DNA of 64,000 nucleotides from Candidatus Latescibacterota bacterium (GTDB lineage: Bacteria; Latescibacterota; UBA2968), in contig OZ244960.1 in the NCBI GenBank assembly GCA_965222605.1, positions 4,160,001-4,224,000 of the forward strand, in the 5' to 3' direction. The notes under the pieces are model-generated. The model searched no databases, was not told where the DNA came from, and saw only the letters and a list, made by a program, of their open reading frames with translations. Shown here piece after piece: positions 20,372 through 30,334 of the stretch (positions within the stretch are counted from its first letter, which is position 1; each line of letters begins with the position of its first letter). The position numbers and the translations under genes are program-made.

Positions 20372-22204
20372 ATGAAAAAAATGATACGGATCATCCTCGT
20401 CGGTGTCTGCCTGGCGTGCAAGCCCTCTCAACCCGATGTATCTAAGCAATTCGTCGGCATAGAACGCTGCGTGAGTTGCCACATGGAGGCGTATCAAAAA
20501 TGGCAGCGCACGACCCATGCGACTTCCATGCAAAAAGCGACCCCACAGACTGTTAAGGGTGATTTTACAAAAAATAACGCCTATACTTTCGGCGGTACCA
20601 CCTCTACCATGGGTCTTCAAAATGGTCGCTATTTCATTACTACGCCGGGGTCTGACGGATCGCAAAGCACCCACGAAGTCCTCTACACGATTGGCGACCG
20701 GGATACGCAGTGGTACATAACCGAGCTTCCCGGAGGCCATCTGCAGATTCTTCCGGTTTATTTTGATATTCGCAGAAATACCTGGTACAATCCCGTTGAA
20801 GGCATTATCGCCTCGCCATCCGAACAGCCTTTAGAGCCTGACGATGTCTCGTTCTGGATGCACTTTGGGCGCAACTGGAGCGCGCAGTGTTTTGACTGCC
20901 ACGCCAGCCAGATTGAGGTCAATTACGACCCGGACGCCAGCACTTACGATTCCCGGTGGGTAGATCTGAGCATCAACTGCGAAACCTGCCACGGACCGGG
21001 AGAGGGCCATGTCGCGTTTTGGGGAGTAGCTCTGACAGATGCCGACGCCGCGAGCATGCAGGATACTTCGCTGGTGAATTTGAGAACGCTCTCTGCAGAA
21101 CAATCCGTAGAACTTTGCGCGCAGTGCCACGCGACCAAGCGCGTTTTGAAACTGGGCTATCGGCCCGGCGACAATTTTTACGATTTTTACGAACCCATTG
21201 TTCTGGATTTTGAAGGCATGTGGCCCGATGGTCGCTACCGGCATCTCACCTATAATTATACCGCTCTTACCCTCAGTCCCTGTTATACCGAGGGCGGGCT
21301 GACGTGTTTGACCTGTCACCCGTCCCATGGCCCGGAGGGGAAAAAAAAGACGAGGGCCGATTTCGACGGTATATGCATGCAGTGTCACCGGGATATACAG
21401 CCTCGAGAACACAGCCGCCACGAGCAGCATATCGCCTGTGTGGATTGCCATATGCCCCCCATTCCCGAAGTGCATAGGGTGCGCGTGTTTGACCATCGCA
21501 TCGCGCCCCCTGTTGCGGCGAATACGGTGCGCTTTGGCATCCCCAACGCCTGCAACGAATGTCACGGAGATCGCACGCCTGAATGGGCTTTGGAAAAAAC
21601 AGAGGCCTGGTGGGGAAAACAGGATGTTTATCTTTTGCAAACGGCCGCTATTGCACTGGGGCGACGGGGCAACCCGATGGCTGTATCGCCCCTGAAAGAC
21701 GAACTGCTCGATCAGTCCAACAATCCCACGCGACGGGCCTCCGCAGCTCTGCTTTTGGGGCGCACCCGTTCCGCGCAGGCTGTGCCCATTCTTCTCAGTG
21801 TCTTAAAAGACCCACATCCCCTCGTGCGGGCAAAGGCGGTAGAAGGTCTGGGCATGATCGGTCAAGCGAGGGTTGTGCCCGCGCTGGTTTCATTGTTAAA
21901 CGATCCGATTCGAATTGTGCGGTTTGCTCTCGTGCCGGCTATCGAAAATCTGGGCACACACCATCTCAAGGGCCAGGACTACGAGCGCTATGAAGCTGTT
22001 TTCGTCGAATACGAACAAGCGAGCAAAGAGGTCTGGGCGACCGACCCCTATGTGCATGCGTTTCTCGGATGGTGTTATATGAGGCGGGGAAATACTGAGT
22101 TGGCCCGTCGCGCTTTCCAGCGGGCACTGCGGATTTGGCCCGGTATTGAGGATGCGGTTAGAGGGCTGGCGCAGATACATAACCCAGAAAAAAATGACCG
22201 ATGA
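20372..22204 (+). CDS. octaheme c-type cytochrome lipoprotein with HEAT and TPR C-terminus
   Basis: Eight CxxCH motifs (CVSCH, CFDCH, CETCH, CAQCH, CLTCH, CMQCH, CVDCH, CNECH); lipobox CLAC; HEAT repeats 'DPHPLVRAKAVEGLG'; start codon uncertain. Confidence 0.85.
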   Translation: MKKMIRIILVGVCLACKPSQPDVSKQFVGIERCVSCHMEAYQKWQRTTHATSMQKATPQTVKGDFTKNNAYTFGGTTSTMGLQNGRYFITTPGSDGSQSTHEVLYTIGDRDTQWYITELPGGHLQILPVYFDIRRNTWYNPVEGIIASPSEQPLEPDDVSFWMHFGRNWSAQCFDCHASQIEVNYDPDASTYDSRWVDLSINCETCHGPGEGHVAFWGVALTDADAASMQDTSLVNLRTLSAEQSVELCAQCHATKRVLKLGYRPGDNFYDFYEPIVLDFEGMWPDGRYRHLTYNYTALTLSPCYTEGGLTCLTCHPSHGPEGKKKTRADFDGICMQCHRDIQPREHSRHEQHIACVDCHMPPIPEVHRVRVFDHRIAPPVAANTVRFGIPNACNECHGDRTPEWALEKTEAWWGKQDVYLLQTAAIALGRRGNPMAVSPLKDELLDQSNNPTRRASAALLLGRTRSAQAVPILLSVLKDPHPLVRAKAVEGLGMIGQARVVPALVSLLNDPIRIVRFALVPAIENLGTHHLKGQDYERYEAVFVEYEQASKEVWATDPYVHAFLGWCYMRRGNTELARRAFQRALRIWPGIEDAVRGLAQIHNPEKNDR

Positions 22205-22231
22205 GTACAGGACTCACCGGTCGTTTTTTTT
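22188..22231. terminator. bidirectional intrinsic terminator
   Basis: A7-TGACCGATGAGT-acagg-ACTCACCGGTCG-T8 between convergent genes. Confidence 0.7.
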
Positions 22232-22247
22232 CGATTTGGAGCGCCTT

Positions 22248-23270
22248 TTAGAACGATCCGGTTATCGATACGCGCAGGGGCGCATCAAATAATTGCCCGA
22301 AGTCCATATATGCAAAATCGACACCGATCTTCCGCCCCACGCCCAAATCCTTTTGGACGCCGCCACCCAGCGTCCAGCTACCCAGGTCGTACCGCCCCCG
22401 GTAACCGGCCCGCAGTGCCAGCGTGTTGGCCACCCACAATTCGCCGCCCACATGCCAGCGCTCGCGGTCGTCAATGTGATGCACCAACTCGGCCGCCACC
22501 GTCAGATACGTGGGGTCTCCCTTGCGTCCATAAGGCTCCATCGCCAAAGCGATGGTGTAGATCAAAGGCTGGGCAATCGACGTGCCCTGCGGTATGGAAC
22601 CGGGAATCACCAGTTCCTGGTCTTTGCCGAAGTTGCGAAGCGTCATAGCCAGGCGCGAACTGCCAAATCCGGTATAAAAAATACTGGAAAAGTCGAATGA
22701 GGCACTGTTGATCTTGTCCTGATCCAGCGTCTCTTGAATCCACTTTATAGACGCACCCAGCGACAACTTGTCCGTCATCTTGTAGGCATAACCGAAGTTT
22801 ATGAAAATATCGCCGGCCGATATATCCCGCGTGAAACGCCCTTGCGGATCCAGAGGCGTAGTCTCGCGGGAGGTGCCCGCGTCAAACTGAACGACCGACA
22901 GCCCAAAGGTCTGCTGACCGTATCGCCAGGCCACCGCACCGTTGAAAAATTTCGAACCTACCATCCAGCGCGTATATCCCAGGGCATATTCGAACCGCTC
23001 GATGTGGGTCAATGCCGCCGTGTTCCAGAACATCGCATTGATGTCGTCGGCTGCGGCTGTAAACGCATCGCCCATTGCAGCCGCCCGTGCGCTCTGCCCC
23101 ACCTTCAACGCGTGGAACGAAGCCCGCCCGGTTCCGTGGAACTCTTTTGTCCGATGCTGACCCGCGCGCACGCCGGACGGCAACTGGTATTGCTGTGCCC
23201 AGGCCTCTGAACCCATAAGTCCGACGGCCAGGAGCATCATATAAATTGCAGTTAATCGTTTCACTTCCAC
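22248..23270 (-). CDS. PorV/PorQ-family outer-membrane beta-barrel
   Basis: 'LKVGQSARAAAMGDAFTA..DD..AMFWNTAAL' N-terminal signature; barrel strands; C-terminal Phe. Confidence 0.8.
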   Translation of the reverse strand: MEVKRLTAIYMMLLAVGLMGSEAWAQQYQLPSGVRAGQHRTKEFHGTGRASFHALKVGQSARAAAMGDAFTAAADDINAMFWNTAALTHIERFEYALGYTRWMVGSKFFNGAVAWRYGQQTFGLSVVQFDAGTSRETTPLDPQGRFTRDISAGDIFINFGYAYKMTDKLSLGASIKWIQETLDQDKINSASFDFSSIFYTGFGSSRLAMTLRNFGKDQELVIPGSIPQGTSIAQPLIYTIALAMEPYGRKGDPTYLTVAAELVHHIDDRERWHVGGELWVANTLALRAGYRGRYDLGSWTLGGGVQKDLGVGRKIGVDFAYMDFGQLFDAPLRVSITGSF

Positions 23271-23322
23271 TCTCCTTTGTTTGCAGAGGGACGGAACAGA
23301 GTGACCGCCCCTCCCGTCGGTC

Positions 23323-25821
23323 TTACTGGATAATCAGAAAACTGCCCGTCTGAACCTTGCCTTCTTGCCCTGGCACCAGCGACTCTACGGCGAAGAAATA
23401 AATTCCCGGAGACGCGTACGACGTGCCAGAACGTGATCGTTGAGACCAACTCACTTCTGCCGTGTGCTGATCTCCGCGCGTCCCATCGTGTACTATTTCC
23501 ATGACCAGGTCTCCCGCAGCCGTGAAAATCGAAATTCGAGCCAGACGCGGCAGGTTGGTAAACCGCATGCGCTTGTTGTTGTCGCCCTGCGCCCCAAAGG
23601 AATGCAACCCGTCGTCCTTCCAGGGATTTGGCACCACAAACACTTTCTCGTCTAAGGCGTCGAACCCATCTGAGGCTGCCACAACAGGTGTAAACTGACC
23701 GCCGCTTGTATTGTGCCGCGCAGCCGTCACAATATGGCTCGACTCGGTTCCCTCGCGGATGTGGTTTTGAACTATGGCAGGCAGATCTGCAAGTGTTGTC
23801 GGGACGGGCATTTGCGCGCCTGAAATCGCGTTTTTCTGCGCATTCGTGTTCTCCCAATTCGCGTGCCCGTTGGCATAGGTCACGATATTGTACCGATACC
23901 CGAATCCCGTAATTGAGTTCTCATCGGCAAAAGTATAAATCCCGGTCGAGGCATCGTAATAGCTTGGGTTTTTTGCCTGAATTGTGGCGATCAGATTCCA
24001 CGGACCCAGAGGCGCGCCAGCATGCTGCACTGGATCGGTCTGGATCAGCGCCGTGTTCCCGTAAACCTTGTAACCGGCCACATCCTGCGCCTCTCCGCCC
24101 GAATAATCTGGATGCACCGCATCGTCGGCACCGTCGCTCCAGGACAACTCCACGTTGCCATTTGCATTGCTGCGAAGCAAAACAGAACGGTCGGTTTCGG
24201 CACGCGCAATCGATTCCACATCTGGCGGTTGATTGGGCAGGTCAAATCCCATCGCGTACAATTGACGTGCGCGGTCGATGTGATTGAACAAAATATCCTC
24301 ACCGCCGGGCACCTGCGACTGCGCGCCTGGCGTCATTGCCCACAGGCGAAAGTCCATCGGCTCACCGCCCGCACCCGCATTCTCGGCTGCCATACCCGCG
24401 GCAAAAACTATCACGATTTTTGCCTTGTCGCCCGGTGTCAACTTCCAGGGACCGAACATCTGCGAGTGCAATTGCTCCTGCAACTCTCGCTCACCGGGGC
24501 TTGGGCCACCCTCAATCGGGTTGTCGTCATAGGGCTTGCCCGGGGTGATAAATTTCTTCCATATCTCTTCAACCGTATCAATTGATACGTGTGGCTCAAA
24601 CTCGATGTTCGTGCGGCTTCGGCGCTTCCACCAGTGTGCGTACGCAGGCTGACTGATGGGAATATCCTCGCCTCCCATCGCCGTGCCCGTAATTGACACA
24701 TAGACGTCTGGATCGTTGATAAAGGGTGGTGTCACATCCACAGGTCCCCAGCCTATGTATTGCGGCGAGTACAATTCTTGCTCTGCCCGATGCCCGATCA
24801 CGCCAATGGCTTCTGCGCCGAACCGGGGTTCGCCCATGTCGTTATTTGAACTGGTGGGCGCATCGCCATCGAACTGATACGATATCTTTTTGCCCTGATA
24901 CTTCCCACCGTAATTGGCGGCCTCGGTAAACTGATACCGGTCGTCTTCCAGCCGCCGTCCCGGTTCGGAAAACCAGTAGCCGTTCCACTTGCGATAGGAG
25001 TGCCCGGGTTTGTTCACGCTGAAATAGTTCAAATACCCCATATACACTTCTTCATAGGACCGGTTTGAGGTATTCTCTATGACCAGTTCTACGAAAAAGA
25101 AATCGTCGAAATCCGGGTGGCTCCATCCATACGCAGACCGCGTAATTGTCATCCCCGTCCCGTCTGGCTCGATATTCGTGTTGCTGCGCCATTTCGTAAT
25201 CACAGTTTCTTCTGGAAAGTGATCGAACCTGGGCAGCGTATATGACCCGTTCTCGCGGTAATTATCCACTTCTACAGGCTCTTCGGAAATTGGCTTGGGC
25301 TGCTCGGTGATCCCGCCGCGGTCCGTGTTGAACCACACGTTGGCGTCCTGGGTATCATACCCCAGTCGGGCGGCCACGATCGGCGGGTCTTGCCCGTTCC
25401 GCAAGCGCAAATTGCCCGATCCAGGCGTCAAATCTGGCACCACCTGCTCCACATCTCCGGTGTTGGACACCGGTCCCGAGGATGTGACATAGGTATTTCC
25501 ACTCGCATCCCGCGCGAGTATCCACACCCCCTGGCCCTTCGAGTTGTCGTAGTCCTGGTCTCGACCGCCGAAACTGCCCGATGTCGAAGACCCCGTATAA
25601 ATATACGGATATGTCATCGAACCGTTTTCTCGCGCCACATACCCTTGCGACCCCAGGGCAAATGTTCCGCCCTGCTGTCCTGTGTTGCGAAACGATTCCG
25701 ACAGTTTCGACCGGTCGACCTGCTTCATCGGCACTGGCTCGTCCACCGCCTGAACCCCTGCTGAAAACAGTCCAGTCAGGAAAATGCCAGCAAGCGCCTT
25801 GCCAACTATTTGTCTAAACAT
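23323..25821 (-). CDS. large secreted protein with T9SS-CTD/FlgD-Ig-like C-terminal domain
   Basis: Signal peptide; C-terminal 'VFVVPNPW...RFTNLP...ISIFTAAGDLV...W...SPGIYFFAVES...GSFLIIQ'. Confidence 0.7.
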   Translation of the reverse strand: MFRQIVGKALAGIFLTGLFSAGVQAVDEPVPMKQVDRSKLSESFRNTGQQGGTFALGSQGYVARENGSMTYPYIYTGSSTSGSFGGRDQDYDNSKGQGVWILARDASGNTYVTSSGPVSNTGDVEQVVPDLTPGSGNLRLRNGQDPPIVAARLGYDTQDANVWFNTDRGGITEQPKPISEEPVEVDNYRENGSYTLPRFDHFPEETVITKWRSNTNIEPDGTGMTITRSAYGWSHPDFDDFFFVELVIENTSNRSYEEVYMGYLNYFSVNKPGHSYRKWNGYWFSEPGRRLEDDRYQFTEAANYGGKYQGKKISYQFDGDAPTSSNNDMGEPRFGAEAIGVIGHRAEQELYSPQYIGWGPVDVTPPFINDPDVYVSITGTAMGGEDIPISQPAYAHWWKRRSRTNIEFEPHVSIDTVEEIWKKFITPGKPYDDNPIEGGPSPGERELQEQLHSQMFGPWKLTPGDKAKIVIVFAAGMAAENAGAGGEPMDFRLWAMTPGAQSQVPGGEDILFNHIDRARQLYAMGFDLPNQPPDVESIARAETDRSVLLRSNANGNVELSWSDGADDAVHPDYSGGEAQDVAGYKVYGNTALIQTDPVQHAGAPLGPWNLIATIQAKNPSYYDASTGIYTFADENSITGFGYRYNIVTYANGHANWENTNAQKNAISGAQMPVPTTLADLPAIVQNHIREGTESSHIVTAARHNTSGGQFTPVVAASDGFDALDEKVFVVPNPWKDDGLHSFGAQGDNNKRMRFTNLPRLARISIFTAAGDLVMEIVHDGTRGDQHTAEVSWSQRSRSGTSYASPGIYFFAVESLVPGQEGKVQTGSFLIIQ

Positions 25822-25849
25822 AAATTCACTCCTTACTTATGAGGCGCCA

Positions 25850-25881
25850 GGGCCAGAGCACCTGTTCTGATGCTCTGGCCC
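25850..25881. repeat. intergenic hairpin (11-bp perfect stem)
   Basis: GGGCCAGAGCA-N10-TGCTCTGGCCC between the TonB receptor and CTD-protein genes. Confidence 0.5.
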
Positions 25882-25887
25882 ACCGGT

Positions 25888-28800
25888 TTACATGCTCGTG
25901 CGCACGCCGAAATAGATCTCCCGGGTGCGATTCGTATAGCTGTTCCACTGATCCCATATCTGGTTGTTATCCCGCACCACCACTGGTGTGGGCTGGTTCT
26001 CGGCCAGACCGTACTTCGGTATGTCGTGGAAGAAATTCCACCTGCGGATCGAACGCGGCTTTTTGGCGTTGAACAAATTGGTCGCCTCAAAGAACAGGGT
26101 CGGGCGCAACTTCCCAATTCGGAAGCTCTTTTGAATGCCAAAGTCCGTGCGGAATGCGGTTGGATTGGTAAACAACAACTGGTTCTTGATCAACTTGTTG
26201 GCAGTCGCAGGAGACGGCGTGGGCTGGCTATAGCGGAAGAACGTGCCTGGCTCGATTCGCAGCACCAGGTTCACGTTCAGATCGCTCAGCACCTTGCTTC
26301 CGCCCACCTCTGGACCATATCCTTCGGGCGTGGCAAACAAAAATGTGATACTTCCATCGCCTGTGGCATCGCGCATGTTGGCTGGACCGCGCACGCCTCC
26401 TATCGTGGCTATAGTAGCCGCAATATTCCGCTCGTTGGTCCAGGGGAATCCAACCTGTGCATCCGGCACCTGATTGGCGAATTTTTCGGTAATCCACAAT
26501 TCCCGGTTGGCGTCAACTTGCTGCTGCACCAGCTGGTTGGCAAACATGCCAATAGCATCGACTTCGGCACTCGACAGGGGTTGCCAGACGCGCTCACCCG
26601 TGGTTTGGTCAATTTCAAACTTGAAGCGATACGCGTCTTTGGCCAAAAAGTCCGAATCCACGTACCAGCGCGACACCCACTCTCGACCGCCGTAGAAGTT
26701 GTTCTGCTCCCAGTACCAGCTCCACGTCGCGCGGAATGAGAAGAAATTGGAGAACCGCTTGCTCACAGCCAATTCCAGGCCGCGCGTTTCACCACTGTAC
26801 GCGTTCTGATACCAGTGCGCGCGCTTGATCTGCTTCTCTACCGGATCGTGCAAAAACGTGTTGTTCTGCTGGAGATAATCTTCTGTGCGGCGGTAGAACA
26901 TCGTCGCGTTGGCCGTGTAGTCCGAAACAAAGTTCCAGTCCACTCCCACTTCGTAGTTCACGGTACTGCCCGGACGCGAATTGGTCGATCCGCGCTTGGT
27001 CGAGCCCATTTCCAGACCGCCGTAATACTCATAAGAACTGTATCTGTCGTCAGCGTTCAGGTCTTGGGCTATGCTCCGGCCCGAAGCCACCTGCCAGGTC
27101 TGCCCATACATCGCATAGAAAATCGGGAGGACGAAGAACCGCCCATAGGAGAAGTGAATCGCAGACCGCGCGGTAATCGGGTGAGACACCCCAAAGCGCG
27201 GCGACAGCTTGAACATATTTAGACCATCATAAGTCGGGAATGACTGTGGATTGTTGGGATAGGGCGTCTGACCCTGCCGCGTCAATGCCGCATCTGCATC
27301 GGAAAACCAGCGGTTTTGGGGCAGCACCGACCACACGGGTTCGGGACGCGTCTGACCGCCGTGGTCAAACGCATCCAGACGCACGCCCACGTTCACCACC
27401 ATCCCCTCAAACTCCATTTTGTCTTGTGCATACGCTGCAAGCTGGAATGCCTTTCTGGGATGATCCCGATAGCTGTTCCATGCCGGGTCGTCGAGACTGC
27501 TTGCCCGACTTAAATCGGGCAATTTAACGCCGTTCACAGTCGTGGCGGGCACGAAGTCCATCTGGCCATCTGCACCCAGGCGGTTCTGAGCCGATGCATA
27601 GTAGTCGTACATCGACCATAGCCGATAACTGCCCGGGTTCCCACGACTCTGTAACTCCCACTGGTAGGTCTGGAACCACGTTGCTCCGGCTCCCGCCTTA
27701 AAGAAATTCCCCTTTGTAACCTGACTGGAGAAATCGAATTTCAAATTGTGGCGCGTCTGACGATTCAATCGGAAGTCCCGAACCGTACGCGGTGCTGCCG
27801 TAAACCACTTGTCGGAGTCTCGAACCACATTGAACGTTTCTATAGGAATCTCTGATGAGTCCTGCTCGCTGTCTGAACGCGAGATACGCAACTCGTACAG
27901 GGTGCGCGAAGACAGGGAGTGCGTCAAATACGCATACAACATCGAGTTCCATTCGATCTCTTTGCCCGCACCGTCTATGCCTGCGGGCAAATACAGGTCT
28001 CGACCGGCTGATAATGCCGACTCTCGCGTATTGCGGAAATTCTGGTTCGTTCCATACACACCACCCACCTTCAGATTGATATTGGGCTTCACGCCAAATG
28101 TCAGTTTGCCCGTCACCTGATAATTGGGCAGGCCCTGAAGTGCGGGGTCGGGACGCTGCACGGGTTGTCGATTTGTCTGCGCGCTCACGTGGAACGAGGT
28201 CTTGTTCCCAATCGGACCCGAAAGGGATCCTTCGAGGCGATGCCCCGATATATCTGTGTAATCGTCCGGCTGGATATGCACCAGACGACCAGAATCATCC
28301 GCTGTGCCGGGCAATCCATCGGCACCAATATTTTCCATTTCCTGCAACCAGTTTGGGTCATCCAGGCGGATGCGGCTCCTGCCCGTGCCCTGGTTCAGGT
28401 GAATGATTGGATCATAAGCATTAAAGCCGTAATGCCGCTTTCCGGCAACCGTGTATCGATACTCGAAGAATCCGTGGTAGTCCCGGCCGCCCTCTCGCGT
28501 TACGATATTGATGATCCCGGCGTCCATGTTTCCGTATTCGGCTTCTGGCACACCGGTTACTACTGAAATTTCCTGGATCGATGCGCGGTTCACACCCGTG
28601 AACAGATTTGCCGCGCGGCGGTCATTATTCACCATCCGCACACCATCTACGGTATAGGTGAGTGAAATCGGCTTTGGCGTTGTCGTGTACCAGCCCGCAC
28701 GGCGTTCGCCTTCGTCCATTTGGAAGTTGCCCTGCCGCACTGACCGGCCGTCTTTCTGCACGCCCGGCAGCAAGCCCGCCCACGCTTGAGCATCTTTGAC

Positions 28801-29235
28801 CACGGGCTGTAAATCGATTTCGTCAGCCGTTACATAGTATTTGCTCGCGGTCTTGTCAGGCTCTACGGGTGGACGCTGTGCCGTCACGATCAATTCTTCG
28901 GCTTCCAGTGCCGTTTCTTGGAGCCTGAAATCCACTGTGGAAGTATAGCCCACCACCACTTTCACATCTTGCTGCACCACCTTCTGGTACCCCACCAGGG
29001 AGGCTTCCATGCTGTGCGTTCCCGGCAGGACCAGCAAGATGATATAATATCCTTCTGCGTCTGCGGTCGCACCCCGGTTTGTTCCCACAATCACGACGTT
29101 GGCACCGGGCAATGGATCGCCCTTTGTATCCGTTACCCTGCCCGCTATTTTACCCGTTGTTGCCGCCTGTGCCCAATCCTGCACACCCAGGGTACATACC
29201 AGCAAAACGGACAAAAATGCTAACTTTCTTATCAT
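25888..29235 (-). CDS. TonB-dependent receptor with carboxypeptidase-regulatory-like N-domain
   Basis: 'GKIAGRVTD..GDPLPGANVVI.GT..GA', plug 'I.VVTG...AEYGN...GIINIVTREG', 'AYAQDKMEFEGMVVNVGVR.D', 'SPRFGVSHPIT'. Confidence 0.9.
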   Translation of the reverse strand: MIRKLAFLSVLLVCTLGVQDWAQAATTGKIAGRVTDTKGDPLPGANVVIVGTNRGATADAEGYYIILLVLPGTHSMEASLVGYQKVVQQDVKVVVGYTSTVDFRLQETALEAEELIVTAQRPPVEPDKTASKYYVTADEIDLQPVVKDAQAWAGLLPGVQKDGRSVRQGNFQMDEGERRAGWYTTTPKPISLTYTVDGVRMVNNDRRAANLFTGVNRASIQEISVVTGVPEAEYGNMDAGIINIVTREGGRDYHGFFEYRYTVAGKRHYGFNAYDPIIHLNQGTGRSRIRLDDPNWLQEMENIGADGLPGTADDSGRLVHIQPDDYTDISGHRLEGSLSGPIGNKTSFHVSAQTNRQPVQRPDPALQGLPNYQVTGKLTFGVKPNINLKVGGVYGTNQNFRNTRESALSAGRDLYLPAGIDGAGKEIEWNSMLYAYLTHSLSSRTLYELRISRSDSEQDSSEIPIETFNVVRDSDKWFTAAPRTVRDFRLNRQTRHNLKFDFSSQVTKGNFFKAGAGATWFQTYQWELQSRGNPGSYRLWSMYDYYASAQNRLGADGQMDFVPATTVNGVKLPDLSRASSLDDPAWNSYRDHPRKAFQLAAYAQDKMEFEGMVVNVGVRLDAFDHGGQTRPEPVWSVLPQNRWFSDADAALTRQGQTPYPNNPQSFPTYDGLNMFKLSPRFGVSHPITARSAIHFSYGRFFVLPIFYAMYGQTWQVASGRSIAQDLNADDRYSSYEYYGGLEMGSTKRGSTNSRPGSTVNYEVGVDWNFVSDYTANATMFYRRTEDYLQQNNTFLHDPVEKQIKRAHWYQNAYSGETRGLELAVSKRFSNFFSFRATWSWYWEQNNFYGGREWVSRWYVDSDFLAKDAYRFKFEIDQTTGERVWQPLSSAEVDAIGMFANQLVQQQVDANRELWITEKFANQVPDAQVGFPWTNERNIAATIATIGGVRGPANMRDATGDGSITFLFATPEGYGPEVGGSKVLSDLNVNLVLRIEPGTFFRYSQPTPSPATANKLIKNQLLFTNPTAFRTDFGIQKSFRIGKLRPTLFFEATNLFNAKKPRSIRRWNFFHDIPKYGLAENQPTPVVVRDNNQIWDQWNSYTNRTREIYFGVRTSM

Positions 29236-29272
29236 CTCGATGCCTCCTTACATAAAGGGTTGCTCTTTACAC

Positions 29273-30016
29273 TTACATCACATAGTACTTGACCGAAAGC
29301 CCGATTTCGAAATAGTGCAGCGGAAAGGTCCGCGCGACGCCATAAGACTCCAGCTGACGCAATTCCCCGATCAGCAAGTTCCACCGCGCCCGCGCATCAA
29401 CTGCTGCGCGACCACTTGTCAAGACCTCCACACCTAAACCCACATTGAACCCCCACGCCACATCCGTATCATCAAACGGTGCCAGTTCCAATGTCGTATC
29501 GATCCCCCCGCCCAGGTTGGGTTGTCCTGCAAAGATCAGGCCCGATACCGAATTTTTATAGTGGTAAAACCCACCGCCATAGGTGATGAAGGGGCCTCCC
29601 GTCATGCCATCCGAACCACCTGTTCGCTCATTCAGGTGATACAGGCCGTTAATCGTAAACGCATTGACTGTCATAGAATTGCGCGCCAGCGGACTTGTGA
29701 TTTTCTGCCACTCTTCCGGCTTGTCTTCGGGCCAATAAAAGGTGGCTTCTTGGATTTTGCCGGGACCAAAGTGCGTGCGGTGAAATTCTATCTCTAAGGT
29801 ATTGCGCGCATTCCGGGCATAGGTCAGATACAGCCCGAATGCTTCTTGTGCGCGAAAACGATCCTTCATTCCGAACACGGGAAAGTTGAAGTTTCCGCTC
29901 AAACCCAAGCCAACTTTCCCCACCACGCCAGTGTCCTGCCCATGGCTATCGCCCTGGCTATTGCCCGGAAGCGCGAAGAATATCAAACAAACTGCGGAAA
30001 TTATCACTCGTTTCAT
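29273..30016 (-). CDS. outer-membrane beta-barrel protein (8-stranded OmpA/OmpW-like)
   Basis: Signal peptide MKRVII (AAGGAGG RBS); amphipathic strands; ends 'FEIGLSVKYYVM'. Confidence 0.6.
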   Translation of the reverse strand: MKRVIISAVCLIFFALPGNSQGDSHGQDTGVVGKVGLGLSGNFNFPVFGMKDRFRAQEAFGLYLTYARNARNTLEIEFHRTHFGPGKIQEATFYWPEDKPEEWQKITSPLARNSMTVNAFTINGLYHLNERTGGSDGMTGGPFITYGGGFYHYKNSVSGLIFAGQPNLGGGIDTTLELAPFDDTDVAWGFNVGLGVEVLTSGRAAVDARARWNLLIGELRQLESYGVARTFPLHYFEIGLSVKYYVM

Positions 30017-30334
30017 ACGCAACCCTCCTTAATATTGATATGGTGGATTTCAAATCGTTTCTCTCCTGCATAGAATCATTCCTTTCTGCTCTGCGTAAAT
30101 TGCCCACTAACTCGATAGCCCGTAGATGTTATCACCCAATCGCTATCTGCCTCTTCATCACACCATTTATTTTCAGGGCTAATAAAAGTGTGTGTGCAAA
30201 ATTAGCAAATATTCATAAATTATAAAGATATTGATATTGGTTATAAAAATCATTTAAAACTAAACCGCCTGTACGCGGATGTCAAGCAGTTTTATCTGGC
30301 TTAGTTCAAAAAAAAGTCTGCGTATCGTTTCCTC

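Noticed and set aside
25870-26739. Long antisense or alternative-frame ORFs (e.g. 25870-26739, 37313-38218, 56564-57748, 13057-13878)
   Set aside because: They are shadow ORFs overlapping well-supported genes and have no recognisable motifs.
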